DNA of 61,641 nucleotides, the filler included, from Sphacelaria rigidula (lineage: Eukaryota): the NCBI GenBank assembly GCA_964200075.2. It is 10 parts of 10 records of this genome, joined end to end, with 100 filler letters (N's around TTAATTAATTAA, not from the genome) between each part and the next. Parts side by side here need not be neighbours in the genome. Positions count along the whole stretch, not along the records: positions 37,047 to 43,120 come from CAXNAA020022414.1; positions 43,221 to 49,294 come from CAXNAA020022415.1; positions 49,395 to 55,468 come from CAXNAA020022416.1; 7 more parts are not named here. The stretch is one strand, 5' to 3'. Positions 37,649 through 51,389 of this stretch are shown here, piece after piece. The number at the start of each line of letters is the position of its first letter. The first letter of the stretch is position 1. Under the pieces are notes generated by a model. That model had not been told where the DNA came from, searched no databases, and saw only the letters and a list, made by a program, of their open reading frames with translations. The position numbers were made by a program, and so were the translations under genes.

Positions 37649-40144
37649 CTACACCTCGCCGGATAGAGGGCATGCCCTGGACCGCAGAACGAATACATCA
37701 TCTCCCCGCGCTGTGACGGAAGATGCACCAGCACCAGCACCAGAAGCAGAAGCAAACGTAGAAGAGTGCACCCGACGGAACAAATTCTCGTTGCTCCCGT
37801 AAACCCCGTTTGCGCCTAGACCACGTGCACCCCATGCCGCCGTCCCTCCATCCCACGACCGTCCCCCCGCCGTGGCCCAGCCACCCCGCCCAGCCGCCGC
37901 AGCCGCCCACCTGACGTCATTTGCGGGAGAAGCATTCGCAATTCCCCTCATTTCCGCCTCTCGGCGAGGTTCTTGGGCTGGCGGTGGCCACGTCATGAGC
38001 GGCTCATCTGGATTGGGGTTGAGATGGGTGTAGGGGAGCTTGTTTCCCTTGATGCCCACAGGGCGGTACAGTCCCAAAGGCATGGCCCCGCGCTCGATGA
38101 GGTAGCGTGCCAGGTCTCCGTATGTTTTCCCGCGGAAGACGTGGGAGACGCGGAGGTGGGCGTACTGGCCTCGCCCGGGGTTCGCCGCAGTGTCCTCCTG
38201 ACCGCTTGAGTTTGTGCTTGGTTGTGGGTGCGAGGGATGCGAAGGATGCGAGGGATGCGAGGTCTCGTGGTTGTCAGCGTAGTAGTCGTAGCCGTTCTCA
38301 CGCGTTCCCGCGGCACCATGCTGCTGCGGTACGGGCGACTGTGCAGGGGATGCATTGTCGCCCGCGGTAGTGAAAGGATGCTGATGTCGCTGCTGCTGTT
38401 GTTGCTGCTGCTGCTGCATCGCGACGGTGTGGTGGTGGAAAGCCGGGCGCGGTGGCTGTATCTGCAGCAAGGTCTCGAAAAAGGCCAGGACGTGGACGCT
38501 GAAGTATGCCTGTACAGCGAACATGTCCATGACTACAACGATGTGCCCGTGGTACCGTGCGAGAGTGTGGGGGCGGGGGCGGGGGCGGTTGGCTGGGCTG
38601 GTTCACCCACACAAAATGAGTTTAAAACACGGTACCCGGGGGAGGTTGGGGCGTCTAGAGGAGAGACCAGAACATTCCGCCGACATCGGTTCGAACATCC
38701 GCCATTCGCACGATTCGAAAATGGCATACCAACTCTTGACCTGGGTTGGGGTTTGGGCAATCTCGCAGCGGTTTCCTTCCAGCTGGCACATCGCACATTC
38801 ACGGCAACAAAAGCAAGATATCACCCACCAATATACCCAACCAACCCACTGTGATCTCACTTGACTTTGTCCATACGCCGCCAGCGGCAAACAAGGGCCA
38901 GTGTCGCACATCCTCCGCGCTGGAGTGAGAAGGCTGGACAAGAACAGCGCACAAATGGTGGGCGATTAGTAGTGCGAGGGAAACCAGAGCGCGCGGGAAC
39001 ACTGGGGGGGGGTGTCGGGGGGAAGGTGGGCTACTGTGTCGCGACAGTTGTCGAGTGGAACTACAACCGCATGCGGGAATCAAGCTGTTCCTTGTAAGTG
39101 CAGGTATTCTGTACCACTTTAAAAGGCAACAACACCAACTTCGTTGTTTGACCTAGCGATAGCACAAGCTACAGAAATACTGTGCTACACAAGATACTAC
39201 CCACTGCCATCATACCAATGCCACTCCCCCCCCAACAGTCCTCCCCACCGACAGCCTCACTCGACACGCTTTGCCAGGTTTACCAGCATCAGCCTCGGAA
39301 AAATACGTTCGTACCTCAGCGGGAGAAGTCAACTTTCGAGTATTCCGTGTAACCTTGTAAATACTCGCGGTTAAGGTCATGGAAAAAAGATGCGCGTGAT
39401 ACTCATCCCACAATTCGTACGTGCCACATGTTTCACAGAAAAAAGCGACAATAATCAAAAGAAGTACTCCTGGGCTTTCAGCTGCTGCTCCTGCTGCTCC
39501 TGCTACTGCTACCTTTGCTGCTACATTTTCGTTGGTGTCGAGAACAGCACAAAAAAACTCATTGTTGGTCATTCCAAGACACAACAACGCGTATCTTGAA
39601 GACTACGAACGTAAGTGTGGCAGACAGAGAGGTCTGCGTTGAAAAGCCGTCCACGAGAGTTGTAGTTCGATACAAGTGTTTTCCGCCGCTGGGCAAGAAT
39701 AGACCAGGAGCAGACTACCGCACAACGTACTTTCTGTTCTTCCGGAAAAAACGGCGGGAATATAGCATCCCTGCCGGATGAATACGAAAACATGACACAA
39801 CAGGTGCACGCTTTGGTCGGGCGGTAATCGCAAGTTACCTATCAAGTACCGTTCCATCAGCCGCACGTCTTCTATGTAGCGCACGTGCTCAATGTCATAT
39901 TGTCATATGCAATAGCGTACAACCTTGGGGCATTCGATGCACGGTCGACTGTTTTGAATGGCTATTCCTGTAGCGCAGCTTGTGTGTTCCGGTTGGACGT
40001 CGTCGTTCTTCATGTCCTCTCAAGGAGATACGATCACCGTGTGCCTTCAAGTTCCATCGTATGTATACCACACCACAGCCCTAGCCTGCACGATATGCGC
40101 TAAAAAAAAAGGCTTTACCTCGGGATCGTCGCTCGTGTTTCCCT

Positions 40145-40176
<32 letters not shown>

Positions 40177-42868
40177 GGGAGATGCCCCTGGGAGAGAGCG
40201 CCTGTCTCTGCGCCACCGAGTACGAGGCCGCAGTAATAGATGCTGCTATCCTTGGAGAGGTCCATCAAAACCTGACCAAAGGATAGGAGTGGACATTTTC
40301 CACATTTTGATAGAAACGACAAAGTTACAGCGCGATGACACCTCGGTTAAGCCGGAAAACGCTTGGACTGCGTCATTCGAAGCAGGAATAGATCGCTATC
40401 TGCAACAGTGATCGGCCGACGCTCGAGCGCTCTTGTGAGGAAGAGGCGCACCGTGCCCGCGTAGAGGAAGGCGTAGAGTAGGGGGCGCGAGAGGAAGTCA
40501 GGCGGGGTAGGTTGGCTGAAAAACAATAGCTGAAACGAACACGAACTGCAGGGGCGACGTTCATCAGACTCACCATTCCTTACCTTTCAAATGATGGTAT
40601 CATCATAACAAACATTGACGGCGGCTATGGACCCTGGATCTTCCATTATCAACCTTTTGGGGCCTTGGTTCACAAGCAGTCCCGGGAGTGCCACCACAAC
40701 AAAATACAATGGGGGACTCGACATCTGTGTTTCATCGTTCGCGTTGATGCGCAGACCAGCTATGCCGGCCGCCGCTCCCTTGTGATCTCGTGACATAGTT
40801 GTACCTTTAGAATCCGAAGGATACAGGTTTATTTCCCGGCAGACGCATTTTTTTCCCCGAAGATTATTTTGTTTTTTTCGTCGTTGCCAATCAACATACA
40901 GTGGGATTACGTGACAAAGCATTCTCCAAGCAAAAATACCCGATCACGTCAGTGATACCCGCTAACGGCAACTCTTGGAGGAGAGGTTTGGTCGTAGGTA
41001 GGTCACGATTGCGTATGGGTTATAAAGGGGGTACAAAGTACATGCCCTCAGTGTCGATACCCGAGAGACGTGTCGACACCTTGCGACGGACCTTGACCCC
41101 CAACATGTACGTCAAGCAAGTGGTACATCACACTTCACAAACATAAAGCTCCTTGCTCCGTGGTCGAAGAAGTGTGTTCATATATATGAACACAAAACAA
41201 CGCAACACAACACAAGATAACACAACACATGCACCTGCAACATCGGCGGAGGTTCGTGTTGCCGCTGTGTTTTTTTGTTCGAGTTTGCAAAAACTTTCAC
41301 TAGTGCATACCATGATCACTCCTGGCGAATGCATATGGATCGCATGTGAGAGATGCCTTCTGCTCCCGACCGGCTGACCTCGCACCTCAGACAAGATGAG
41401 GCGGGAGAACGTGTGTGCGAATCAACAATGATCATGCGTTGGAGCAACGTGGGTCGCTGGCTACATCGTCCATTCGATCGGGTTGCAGAGAAAAACGGAG
41501 TGGAGCCAAAACTGCTACGCGCGTGTGTGCACCCATCCTCCTCTGGATCATGTTCTCTTCGAAAGTCGCTGTGGTGCAACGGTCGGTACGCTGTGTAAGG
41601 GGCAGCGACCGGCGGTGTGGCCGATTTAGCTCGCACGCCGTGTTGGCATTCACTACATCTTGGAATAAATAGCGGAAAGACTTTCGACCTGTCCATGATC
41701 TTTGTTCCACAAAACTGTCAAACCCCCGACGGTTTAGTGGGTTGTGCTCCGTCGCGTCTCAACCGTCTCCTAAGATGTCGTCAGTGATAACCGAACACAG
41801 ATGCGCTTGAAACACTGAGAAACGAAAACGAATGCGCAGATGGACAGGCAAATGCATGCTGCCGCGCTAAAACGCAGCACGTGGTAGACTGTGGGAAATA
41901 TAATTCTTATGGCATGCTTCAAGCGTGGCTTATAACGACCGTAATTTACGCCAGCGCGACTGCCGTGTGGAATACCTTGGGACGAGGGAGCCCGGGCGGG
42001 GCCTCCGACAACAACTGCTCTAGCTCGAAGGATTCCAGTAGCACGCTAGCGTCTGTGCGTTGATTCGAAATGAGCACAATAGCCTCCGCCTGCAAGAACA
42101 GGGGAAATAATGAAGAGGGGCAGGAGCAACAACACGATACAGTGGGGAGTGCGATGAGAGTAGCGAGAGAAGGAACGGGAGTAGACATTGAAAAAGTCAT
42201 GAAGGCGTAGCTTGAACTATCCAAGTACATGCAATGGTGGACACGAAATACTGCAAAGGCTGGAGATCATAGCTGGTTACGTGACGCCGGAAAGTGGGCC
42301 GTGAACGCGCGTACACATCCTCGAAATCAGTGCGGCGTCGGGACAACCTCGCGCAACAAGCGGCGTTGAGGTATGTACAAGAAACATCGAGGAGCCACGC
42401 ATTTTCCGCATCCTTGGACAGTGCGAACGAACAAGAAAGAAAACAAAACTCCAGAAACCTGAAAGCATACAGAAGAGAAGGAACGCCACTGCCACAAGGA
42501 GTACAAAAACAGGTCCATGTATTAGACGCAGAATGGTGCATAACCCGTGAGAGAAAGGAAAGGGTGCGGGGGGTGTACTCATGATCTTGCATGCCGTAGT
42601 CATAAGATAACTGACCTCGCATCCCTGCAAAGCCGGGACGGAGCACGCCGGGTTTTCGGGGGACCATGATCGCAGAGGAAAGGGGGGGAGGGGGGAGAGG
42701 GGGCATTTCTTGAGTTTCTTTCTTGCCACGCACCTGGGAGAGCTTGGCGGCTTCCAGAGTAGCCCTGTCCTGTGTCCTCCCGAACACGTGGTACATCTTG
42801 GAGATATTTAGCTGAGGTTCGTCAAGCTTACACTCGACAAGTCTCTCTCGCAGCTCAAAGAACTTATT
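37649..42868 (-). CDS. C-terminal RCK2 region of a BK/Slo-family K+ channel; exons 42734-42868, 41976-42089, 40119-40271, (39315-39353 optional), 38861-38933, 37649-38532
   Basis: In-frame splice: MYHVFGRTQDRATLEAAKLSQ|AEAIVLIS..DASVLL|VLMDLSKDSSIYYC|VRHWPLFAAGGVWTKS|IMDMFAVQAYFSVHVLAFFETLL...GKTYGDLARYLIERGAMPLGLYR...YTHLNPNPD...DDVFVL. Follows the Slo RCK2 motifs PFACG, TYF, YGDL, GIYR, YVITNP and DLIF. Confidence 0.87.
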
Positions 42869-43345
42869 CTGACGATAACAAATGCACAAGCCAGCAGGAA
42901 AGGAGCGTTGTGCAGAGGGTGAAGGCAGCGGTAGATAAACTTGTGCACGGCAGTAGAGACGCGTTAGAGCGGCACGGAAGAGACACATTGAACAGGCCGT
43001 GTATGGTCAGTCGCGCCCCGACAAAGTTCGGGCGCCGAAGGGAGAGTTCCCATTTTTTTTTTTTTTTTTTCCTGCGCTAGAGCATCCCAAAGGTACGAAC
43101 CAAGCCTTTGCCCGACATGCNNNNNNNNNNNNNNNNNNNNNNNNNNNNNNNNNNNNNNNNNNNNTTAATTAATTAANNNNNNNNNNNNNNNNNNNNNNNN
43201 NNNNNNNNNNNNNNNNNNNNTTGAAGCATGTAGAGATTGGGTGAAAATTGGGCTTGGTATTCGTAATTTCGATCTCGGAACAGTTTGAGGGGCGCTGATT
43301 GGCTGAGACACATTTGCGTCCATAGCGCCACCGCTACGGCCTTAA

Positions 43346-43545
43346 CCCTTAGACCGCGACATAAGTCTTTCTGGATCAAGCATAATTTTTTTCACTTGAA
43401 ATTGATGCCGATTCAACATAAGACTAACCTCACTGTCTAAGGGTTAACCCATAGACCGCGAGATTAGTCTTTCTGGACCATGCATACTTTTTTGCACTTG
43501 AAATTGATGCCGATTCAACAGAAGACTAAACTCGCGGTCTAAGGG
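43346..43545. mobile_element. Tandem pair of 98-bp piggyBac-type MITEs (43346-43443, 43448-43545)
   Basis: TTAA|CCCTTAGAC...GTCTAAGGG|TTAA|CCCATAGAC...GTCTAAGGG|TTAA. Confidence 0.9.
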
Positions 43546-45838
43546 TTAAACAAAAATCCAGCTATGTCACCCTCTTCGTCTCTTCATTGCGGTCAGCATG
43601 ATACCATGCATAGGACTATTGGGTGCGTATTGCGGAAGAAATTTGCTGATGACACAATTTTGGGTGATCACCGTGAACCAGCCTGTGTCTCACTGTTTTT
43701 CCCCATCGTAAAGGATGGAGCCTCATTTCCCGTGCTAATAATGAAGCTGTGAACTGTCATATCGCCATCGTTCTCATCAAGTCATTCTCACAGTTGTCGC
43801 CTGGCGACATACGTACTCGCAACCCTTGGATGGCGAGAGTAGATATTCCGTCGGATCGGCGTCAATTCCATTTGAAGAAAGCATGCATGGTCTAGGCAAA
43901 CTGCCGTCGCCGTCTATGTGTGATCATGAGCCAAACACCCCAAGCGTGGCAACCACTTTGCGCTTGTTTCCTTTCGCATTCTCATCGAAATGTTCTTCCG
44001 TTCTGACAAAAAAACATTTGAAAAAACATACTAAAAATTATGACTATTTATGAGAGTGATTTCGAAGGCGAAGAGAAGAGAGCATCATCGGCCCCAATCA
44101 ATCTGTGTATCGATACATGATGACAAGATTTTTTCTCCACCGCACTTGTTCGATCGAGGAGATATCTGGTAAGACACGGCCTTGCTGTAGTCGGGGTATG
44201 TTGGCAGATCAACGAGAAGCCACTGCAAGAGTCGCCGAACCTTCATTTGAACCTGCAAGCTGCTGTGGGTAGATCTGAGGTTGGATCTCTGGTCAAAACC
44301 AAGTGTTGCCAAGAAGACATGCCTGCAACGACGATGGATAGTATACAGTGCCGCCAGTGTTGTTGCGATATTTTCTCGTTATTGAACGGTCTTCTTGGTA
44401 CGTTCTGCACTCTGTGAACTTTGTTTCACAATCTCATTTCTTCCGAACGGCCATGCAAGCACAGCCGATTTGGTGGTGGGGGATGGGAGGGGGGGGGGTG
44501 AAATGTGCACTCTCGAATAGCGAAATACAACTATTTTACCTGATTCTACAGGTTGTTCGGTGCAAGTCGCCCGGCGCATGCACATGCAGCACCGCTACTG
44601 CGCACACCTGCACTGACTGCATTGCACTGCGCTGGGTCGTACCGCACTGTACGAGACTGCACTTTTGTACTGCGATATGGGTGTGATTTGGGTGTCCATA
44701 GCGGTGATTCTCACGACATGTACTTGCGGTTCTTGCATGTGCTCTGAAGCAGACAGCAGTGACTCAAACATATGTAGCCGGTAGGCCGACATGATGCCGT
44801 CCACCGTAAGATCCGAAAGAAACCTTACGTTCGGAGGGGACTGCTATCTGCGTATCATAGGAGTACTGCTGAGCTGTACGGGCCGAGGATACCCATTATT
44901 TCACGACTCAACCCTTCGATCGCTAGTAGGGCCAACTGACGGTGAAAGGTTCATCTCCCGACCATGTCGCATACCGACTAGGAGATAACACCCTCTCCCC
45001 TACTTTTGTGGCGATGATATCTGCCTCGAATTCTCCCGAACGTCATGCGTCGTGTTGATGATATTGGTTCGCCACCATCGGTTGATGCATTGGAATGTGT
45101 CGGGCGTGTTGACCGCGAATCTCTAGAAAATCGCGTTTGAATCTCATCACGGAGAGGGGGTGTTATTTCCCCGCCAACCTCATCATTGTCGCACCTTGTT
45201 TGCTGGATGCAGACAATGAAGCAATGCTGAGCGTAATCTGTACAAAGTACTATTAATAGAGATTATCGTCAGCATAATGTATCGTGTCACCTCCTCACGT
45301 AACAGCTTCCATAACCGTTCGCTCAGGTAGAGCAGTACGGCCGGCCGGCAGCAAAGCATGAATTTCACAGCTAGTACAGAGCGGACGAGTGCGGTTCCGC
45401 GTTCACGACACGGCTTGTAACGGCTCGTTCCTGTACATAACCCAAGTGCGAAATTACTGCAGTGAGACCCACGTTGTTGGCGCTTTCCCCCCGCTTCCCC
45501 GTATGGGGACCCAGATGATATGCCTGCCCGCCGTTCCGATGTGGTTGAATTCCTCCACGCGCTACGTGCGACCCCGATGCTGCCTATCTGCAGTTCCCGG
45601 GTGTTGAGGACCTTGCCCTTTCCCTCGTGTTCAGATGGGTGATGCTGATGGTGGAAACGCAACCTGCTGCTCTTGTCTGGCCGCGTAAAGGCGGGGATTC
45701 AATTCACACATGGCCTAAAATTCGATGGTTGAAAAACGAGCTCGGCTCCGTAGTCTCATGGTTGAAAAACATTCCTTCGATGGTCAAATGATGTTGCTCC
45801 TGACAAAAATGTGCGAAACCTGGGTACACAGCCATCAA

Positions 45839-45936
45839 CCCTTAGACCGCGAGGTTAGTCTTCTGTTGAATCGGCATCAATTTCAAGTGAAAAAAAGTAT
45901 GCATGATTCAGAAAGACTTATCTCGTGGTCTAAGGG
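45839..45936. mobile_element. Third 98-bp piggyBac-type MITE, opposite orientation
   Basis: TCAA|CCCTTAGACCGCGAG...CTCGTGGTCTAAGGG|TTAA; reverse complement of the 43448 copy. Confidence 0.9.
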
Positions 45937-46499
45937 TTAAACAGCATTGACGTTTCACGCAACACGCGCAAGCTAACGCTGAAACCATGGCGGCGGCAGG
46001 GAGGTCTCCTGTCTGCGATGCCAACCTTCGCTACTTCGTTACTGCTCCGTTGTGATGAAGATTACAGTTGTGATGAATGTACCACTTTTCCACTTTTTTC
46101 CTTGTTGTGGTATCTTGATCGTGAACTGGCTTGTGACTCGGTGGTAAAAGCGGTGGAGCGGTGGTGCAGTGGTGATTCCTCTGTTCAGGGAGCGAAGAGT
46201 GTACCCATTGAACCAGTGAGCATCCTCTTCATTCCATCCTCAGTTCTGAAGGGGCACTTCAGACCACAGGACGGGAGGCATTAGAGATGGGGCCTCGATC
46301 CTGAAACGTTGATCCTGAAGCTTTCTTCAGGATGGAATTTGTGCCGTGACCGGCTTTTCTGCCGCTACAGGCTTTTCCCCCCTTCATCCTGATCTTGAAA
46401 TACGCGAAAAGAGTTTCCCAAACTCTGTTTCTGTCTGTCTCTCTTCTCTCCATGTTGTGTTCCCATCTCTTCTGGAAGGCAGTCTATGCCCTACGGTAT

Positions 46500-46770
46500 G
46501 TGTGGGAGCGTGGGCGCATCAGCCAGGTCATACGGGAGAACGGCCAACTCAAAGTTTTACATTTTTCATAATATTGTTTTAGTAATCCACCTTTCTTCTG
46601 CTGTGCTTGCCTTATTTTTTATCGCGACAGGATTTCAGCAGTCACTTTCCCTCGTCAACCGTGAAGTCGGAATTTGTGTACCAACGACGTGGTCGCTCTG
46701 CACTGTTGGGTATGGTGTCAGAAAAAATCCCGGATCGTGTGACTGCACCGAGATTCGAACCCACGACCCG
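46500..46770 (-). mobile_element. tRNA-derived SINE family A, partial
   Basis: Similar to 54058-54410; B-box GGTTCGAATC on the minus strand at about 46753-46762. Confidence 0.75.
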
Positions 46771-46784
46771 AGCGCCATTCATTA

Positions 46785-47253
46785 GATCGACTCTAATGGG
46801 AGCCGTTCAAAACTCCTGTTCAAAACTGCCCTTTTGGCCCTTCTTCGTCGTTTCACGCCTGAAAAGAGGGCTAGGCGGATGTTGACGCCTCGGAACGACT
46901 TGCTCTTCTCAATGAGACCGTTCTAGGGCAATTTTGCATTTCCCGCTGGCCGCACTTTTTGTTTGGCCAAACACGGATTTTCAATGAATAATGGTCAAGC
47001 GATCAAAAACAGGGGGAAATTTTCATCACCTGACCGTTTTTTACTGATAATCCGTGTTTGGCCTGATTTGGCCAAAACAAAAGTGCGGGCAGCGGGAAAT
47101 ACAAAGTTGCCCTTGAACGGTCTCAACGAGTAGAGTAAGTCATTCCAAGGCGTCAATATCTGCGCAGCCCTCTTTTCGGGCGTAAATCGACGGAGAAGGG
47201 TCCAAAAGGCAGTTTCCGACAGGAGTTTTCAACGGCTCTCATAAGAGTTGGCC
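46785..47253. mobile_element. PIF/Harbinger-type foldback MITE with ~195-bp TIRs and TTA TSD
   Basis: TTA|GATCGACTCTAATGGGAGCCGTT...AACGGCTCTCATAAGAGTTGGCC|TTA; the arms pair inward to GGCCAAACACGGATT / AATCCGTGTTTGGCC. Confidence 0.85.
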
Positions 47254-50200
47254 TTAGAAAAAGTCCCGTCCTCATTTTTCAGGATCCGGGGTTATTTTTG
47301 GCGCCACTGATTGGCAATGCTGGCGAGTCTTCCGCCCTCTTCGGGCATACTGGTGCGTCCTTTTCTTGTCAAGTGTGTACGTTGACCGTATTTGCACGTG
47401 TGGAAACCTCGCATGAAACCTGTCGCTACACGGTATACGAAATTTCCTACAGTAGTAGCTAAAATGGTGGATGATCGGAAGACTTGACGCAATTGTTTTG
47501 CTCCGAGTACGCCGACCAACAAGATCGCATCCGGCCACGATGGAACTTTCATGAGAGGGCCAGCGGAGTGGCAAGTAGACCACATGCCTTTTTCCTTGAC
47601 AAACATTATTTTCAGCTGTTCAGTTGTTGCCGCAGACACAGACTAGTATAGGGTTCGTTTTAACCAGACAAGCTTAGTGAGAACGCCTCGTGAGAGAGGG
47701 AGTGATTCCGGCGGTTTTTGCGGGATTTTTTTCTTCTGCCCTTCCGATTGGTTGGGGGCTGGACCAATTGGACGGACAAGAGCAAAAAAAAAACGCTCGG
47801 AAGAATCACACTCTCACGACTCACTTTCCTCGCTTGGTCAAAGCAGGCCCTCGTGAGGATCCACAGAGTAAACTGGTCTTTACACCGCACCTCGAGCACG
47901 GTGCGTGGGTGACGGAGAACACCCCGGGTTAACACAACCATTGCGCTTCGAAAACGCACACAAACACAACTCAGATGGCACGCACTCATTACAGCGACAA
48001 TGAATCGCAGCGGCTGTCGAGGTAGTAAGTTCGGAAGATCGTCACCCAAGGCTCTTATCCTGTGTCACGTAGCGCACTGCTGTTGGAGATTCATCAAAAC
48101 ATTACGAGTACGGTGACGAGATTGTGTTTTCGTCGTGCAAGAAGTGTTGCTAGTTTATTTTCAAGGCCATCCCATTTCTCGTCCTTACATGAGATAGCCC
48201 GTAGCTTTGAGGGAAAATGCTCAGCTTACAATGGGAAAATGCTGGATATTTGGAACACACTCTGGACTGCGTATCAGCAACCTAACAAACAAAAAACACA
48301 GCACTCTCGTGCGAAAAAAGAAAAAAAAGCGAACAGATGTTCAGCATCTGTTTGACAAAAAACCAAACACCACAGCGAAAAATAAATGAACATGGTACTG
48401 CGCGAAGTCGCCACCTTGTACTGTGAAAATCCTTTACTTTCTCTCGCCATACAGCAAGAAACGGAACCATAACCCGAGACAATTACTGTTGTCCATGCAC
48501 ACACCTTTATCCGATCGTACCGTCGTCGGTACTTGGCTCATATATAGACGCACAAACAATACACGCCACCACACACGACAACGAGCTACCAAGACAGTCA
48601 TGATCTCCCATCGCGAAGCGTACAAGGCATACGCACGAGCGTACACTCTCACGATCACAACTCCATCAAACACGCGTTTATCCCACACAAGAAACACGAG
48701 CCTGGTTCGGCGAAAACCCGGCGTGCTCCGTCCCGGCTTTGTAGGGATGCGAGGTCAACGGTCATATATGACTAAGACATACAAGACCATTAGCACAAGG
48801 AAACATTATGTGACTTCCACCCGTGTGCGCGGAGAACGCTCAACCCAACGGACACTCAAATAATGCCTGTGCCCCCGTCATTTTTGAGGGTGCACAGCAT
48901 GCGACTCGAGTACGAACATGGAAGGCACAACAGAGGACACGCGCAAATTACATATCCGCCTAAACACCCAATGACATTCAACACGTCCTACGAATATTTT
49001 TACATGGCATGCTTTTATCCACCGAGTATCTATTATGATATACTCATAGTTATCCACTCTCACCCTGACGCGTTACCGTGCGAGCCGAACGACACATGCC
49101 GAGAGGGGACGGAATGTCCTTCGCGACAGAAGTGCTGGGGCGGGTGGGAGGGGGGGGGGGCGTACTCATTTGTTGATTGCCTTAGCCGTTTGACGATTGA
49201 CCACGCATCCTTTTCGAGACGGAGCAGGGGGGGGGGGATGCCGCAAACTCCCCTGTCGGCAGAAGTGGCCGTTACTCAACCCCCCCCCCCCCCCNNNNNN
49301 NNNNNNNNNNNNNNNNNNNNNNNNNNNNNNNNNNNNNNTTAATTAATTAANNNNNNNNNNNNNNNNNNNNNNNNNNNNNNNNNNNNNNNNNNNNCAACTT
49401 TTTTCTCCCTTCTGGGCATTCGGGCCGAAGAAATCGTGAATATGGTGATTTTGAGTCGTGATGATTTGTCCCAACCGTGAAAAGCATCGCGGCTCAGGAA
49501 TACACGGCAAAGTTGACACTGCGTGCTACGAGCCGGCAGTGCATCGAGTACTAAAGTACTGACCGCACGATGCGAATCACGCCTCGGCAGGGCTGGAATA
49601 CCCGCGATCCATTTGTGAAAAATTCAACTTGCACTTTGTCCTATTCTAAAACTGAGTGAAGTGATGAAAGACTCCGCAAAAAGAGCGCCCTTTGCAAGAA
49701 TTGTAAGTTGAATTTGATATAAGTAGATTTACAACGACGATCGCTCCCATCGTCGTTAGACTGTCGTGATCTCTGGCTCGCTACGCCTGGTGCTGTCTGT
49801 AAGGGGACCTAGCCCCCTTCCTGAAGAGCGTCACAGTAGTAGTCCCTGGCAAAAGACACTGCCCTCTTCGGCTAGGCTGTACGTTCGAGTCATGCGCGAG
49901 ACAGCTTATAAAATCCTAGGGCAGCTACCTCTGACATGTGACTAACTCTTGCTGGTGGTCGTATTGTGCATCACTGGAAGCGTCGATCGATAAGCGGCCG
50001 ACGTAAATGACAACGCTGGGAAGATCTGCCGCTGTCCCCGCGCGGATTTGATATCGTTCCCTCTAGAATTGTCATTAAAACGCGAGAAATGTTCCAGAAT
50101 AGTTTCAACATCGTGCACAGTCATCTTTTCGAAGCACGCAGCGCACAAATTGCCTTGGGTCGCCAAAACCGCTGCGTCAACACCTACCTTTGGCTTCAAG

Positions 50201-51389
50201 CTACACACACGTGAAGTTTCAGCATCATCAAACGTCAGATACGCTGTGTTTGGGCGCCTAACCTTCAAAATGACCGCCTCGGTATTGTTGAAAAGGAACA
50301 GCAGTGATTATTCATTTTGTACCGACGCTTGACTGTCGTCGTCATTCGTCATGTAGCCACCCAACATTACACATCCCAAGGGACATGCAGGCAAGCTTCT
50401 GCCGCAGCCTACTTTCTGCCCGCGCGATAGGTGCTCTGCCCATCGTTGTCAGGGTTTTCATGTCGTGGTCAAGATTTTTCTGGCCCCATTTTGAATTCCA
50501 GCACCCCGTTGCTTCCATTCCCAACCAACCGACAGTGTCTTCATGTTCACCGCTTGTGCTGTCTGTACAGTACATAAATGGGTCTGCATACGTTCGTTGC
50601 GTCATACGGTCGAGAAGATATGGGGGGATGGAAATGCAGCATGAGCCAGTGGGTGACAAGCCTCTTGGTTACAGGCTCTCCCTTTATTGGCGATTTTTGC
50701 ATTGATGTCATTCAGCCAGAGGTCTACTCTTTCCCGTTCATACAAATATCTGGAAGATTTCGCCGAAAACAACATGAAGATCAGGGTGAAAGACCTCATC
50801 AGGTGCAAGATCCAACGGTCTTGATAAGTCGTGAGCAGGGTTGGAAAGTGTTTGCTTTGGCGCCCAAGGATATATTCACTCGTGGTATTCTCTACTTTTG
50901 TAAACTAGATTATCATCTATTCCAGGGTCAGATTGCGTTGTTTGTTATTTTTCATATTTAAAAAATACTGAGATATTACTCGCGATACGGGATAACGGGG
51001 TGGCAATTGGTTCAAGCCATTTGTAATTTTTTTCACAGCATGCCGCGTAGAGAAAAGTGCAGACGATGACGACATGGTAGAGGTGTGGAGTTGTCCGGCT
51101 ACATGCTACATGCTGCAGGTTCGGTGGACCTGGAATAGTGACATGGACGTTGTACCATGTACCGAGGTACGACAGGCAAATGTTGTGAAACACACATACA
51201 CGGGCAAAGACAAGCCATCAAGGGCAGCACAAGACAAAAGGTATACCCGTGTTGCACTGCACGAGGGATGATGACGATTCAAACTCAAGAGATGCACAAA
51301 AACAACGTAATTCACTCAAGGGGAGATTTGAGAAGCCACGTCTGGGACACAGGTTTAGCCACACACACACACATATATATATATATTCA

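Noticed and set aside
40580..40670. Extra BK-channel exon ending at AAG|GTAAGG
   Set aside because: The frames I tested contain stops, and the flanking exons already join in frame with the expected motif spacing.
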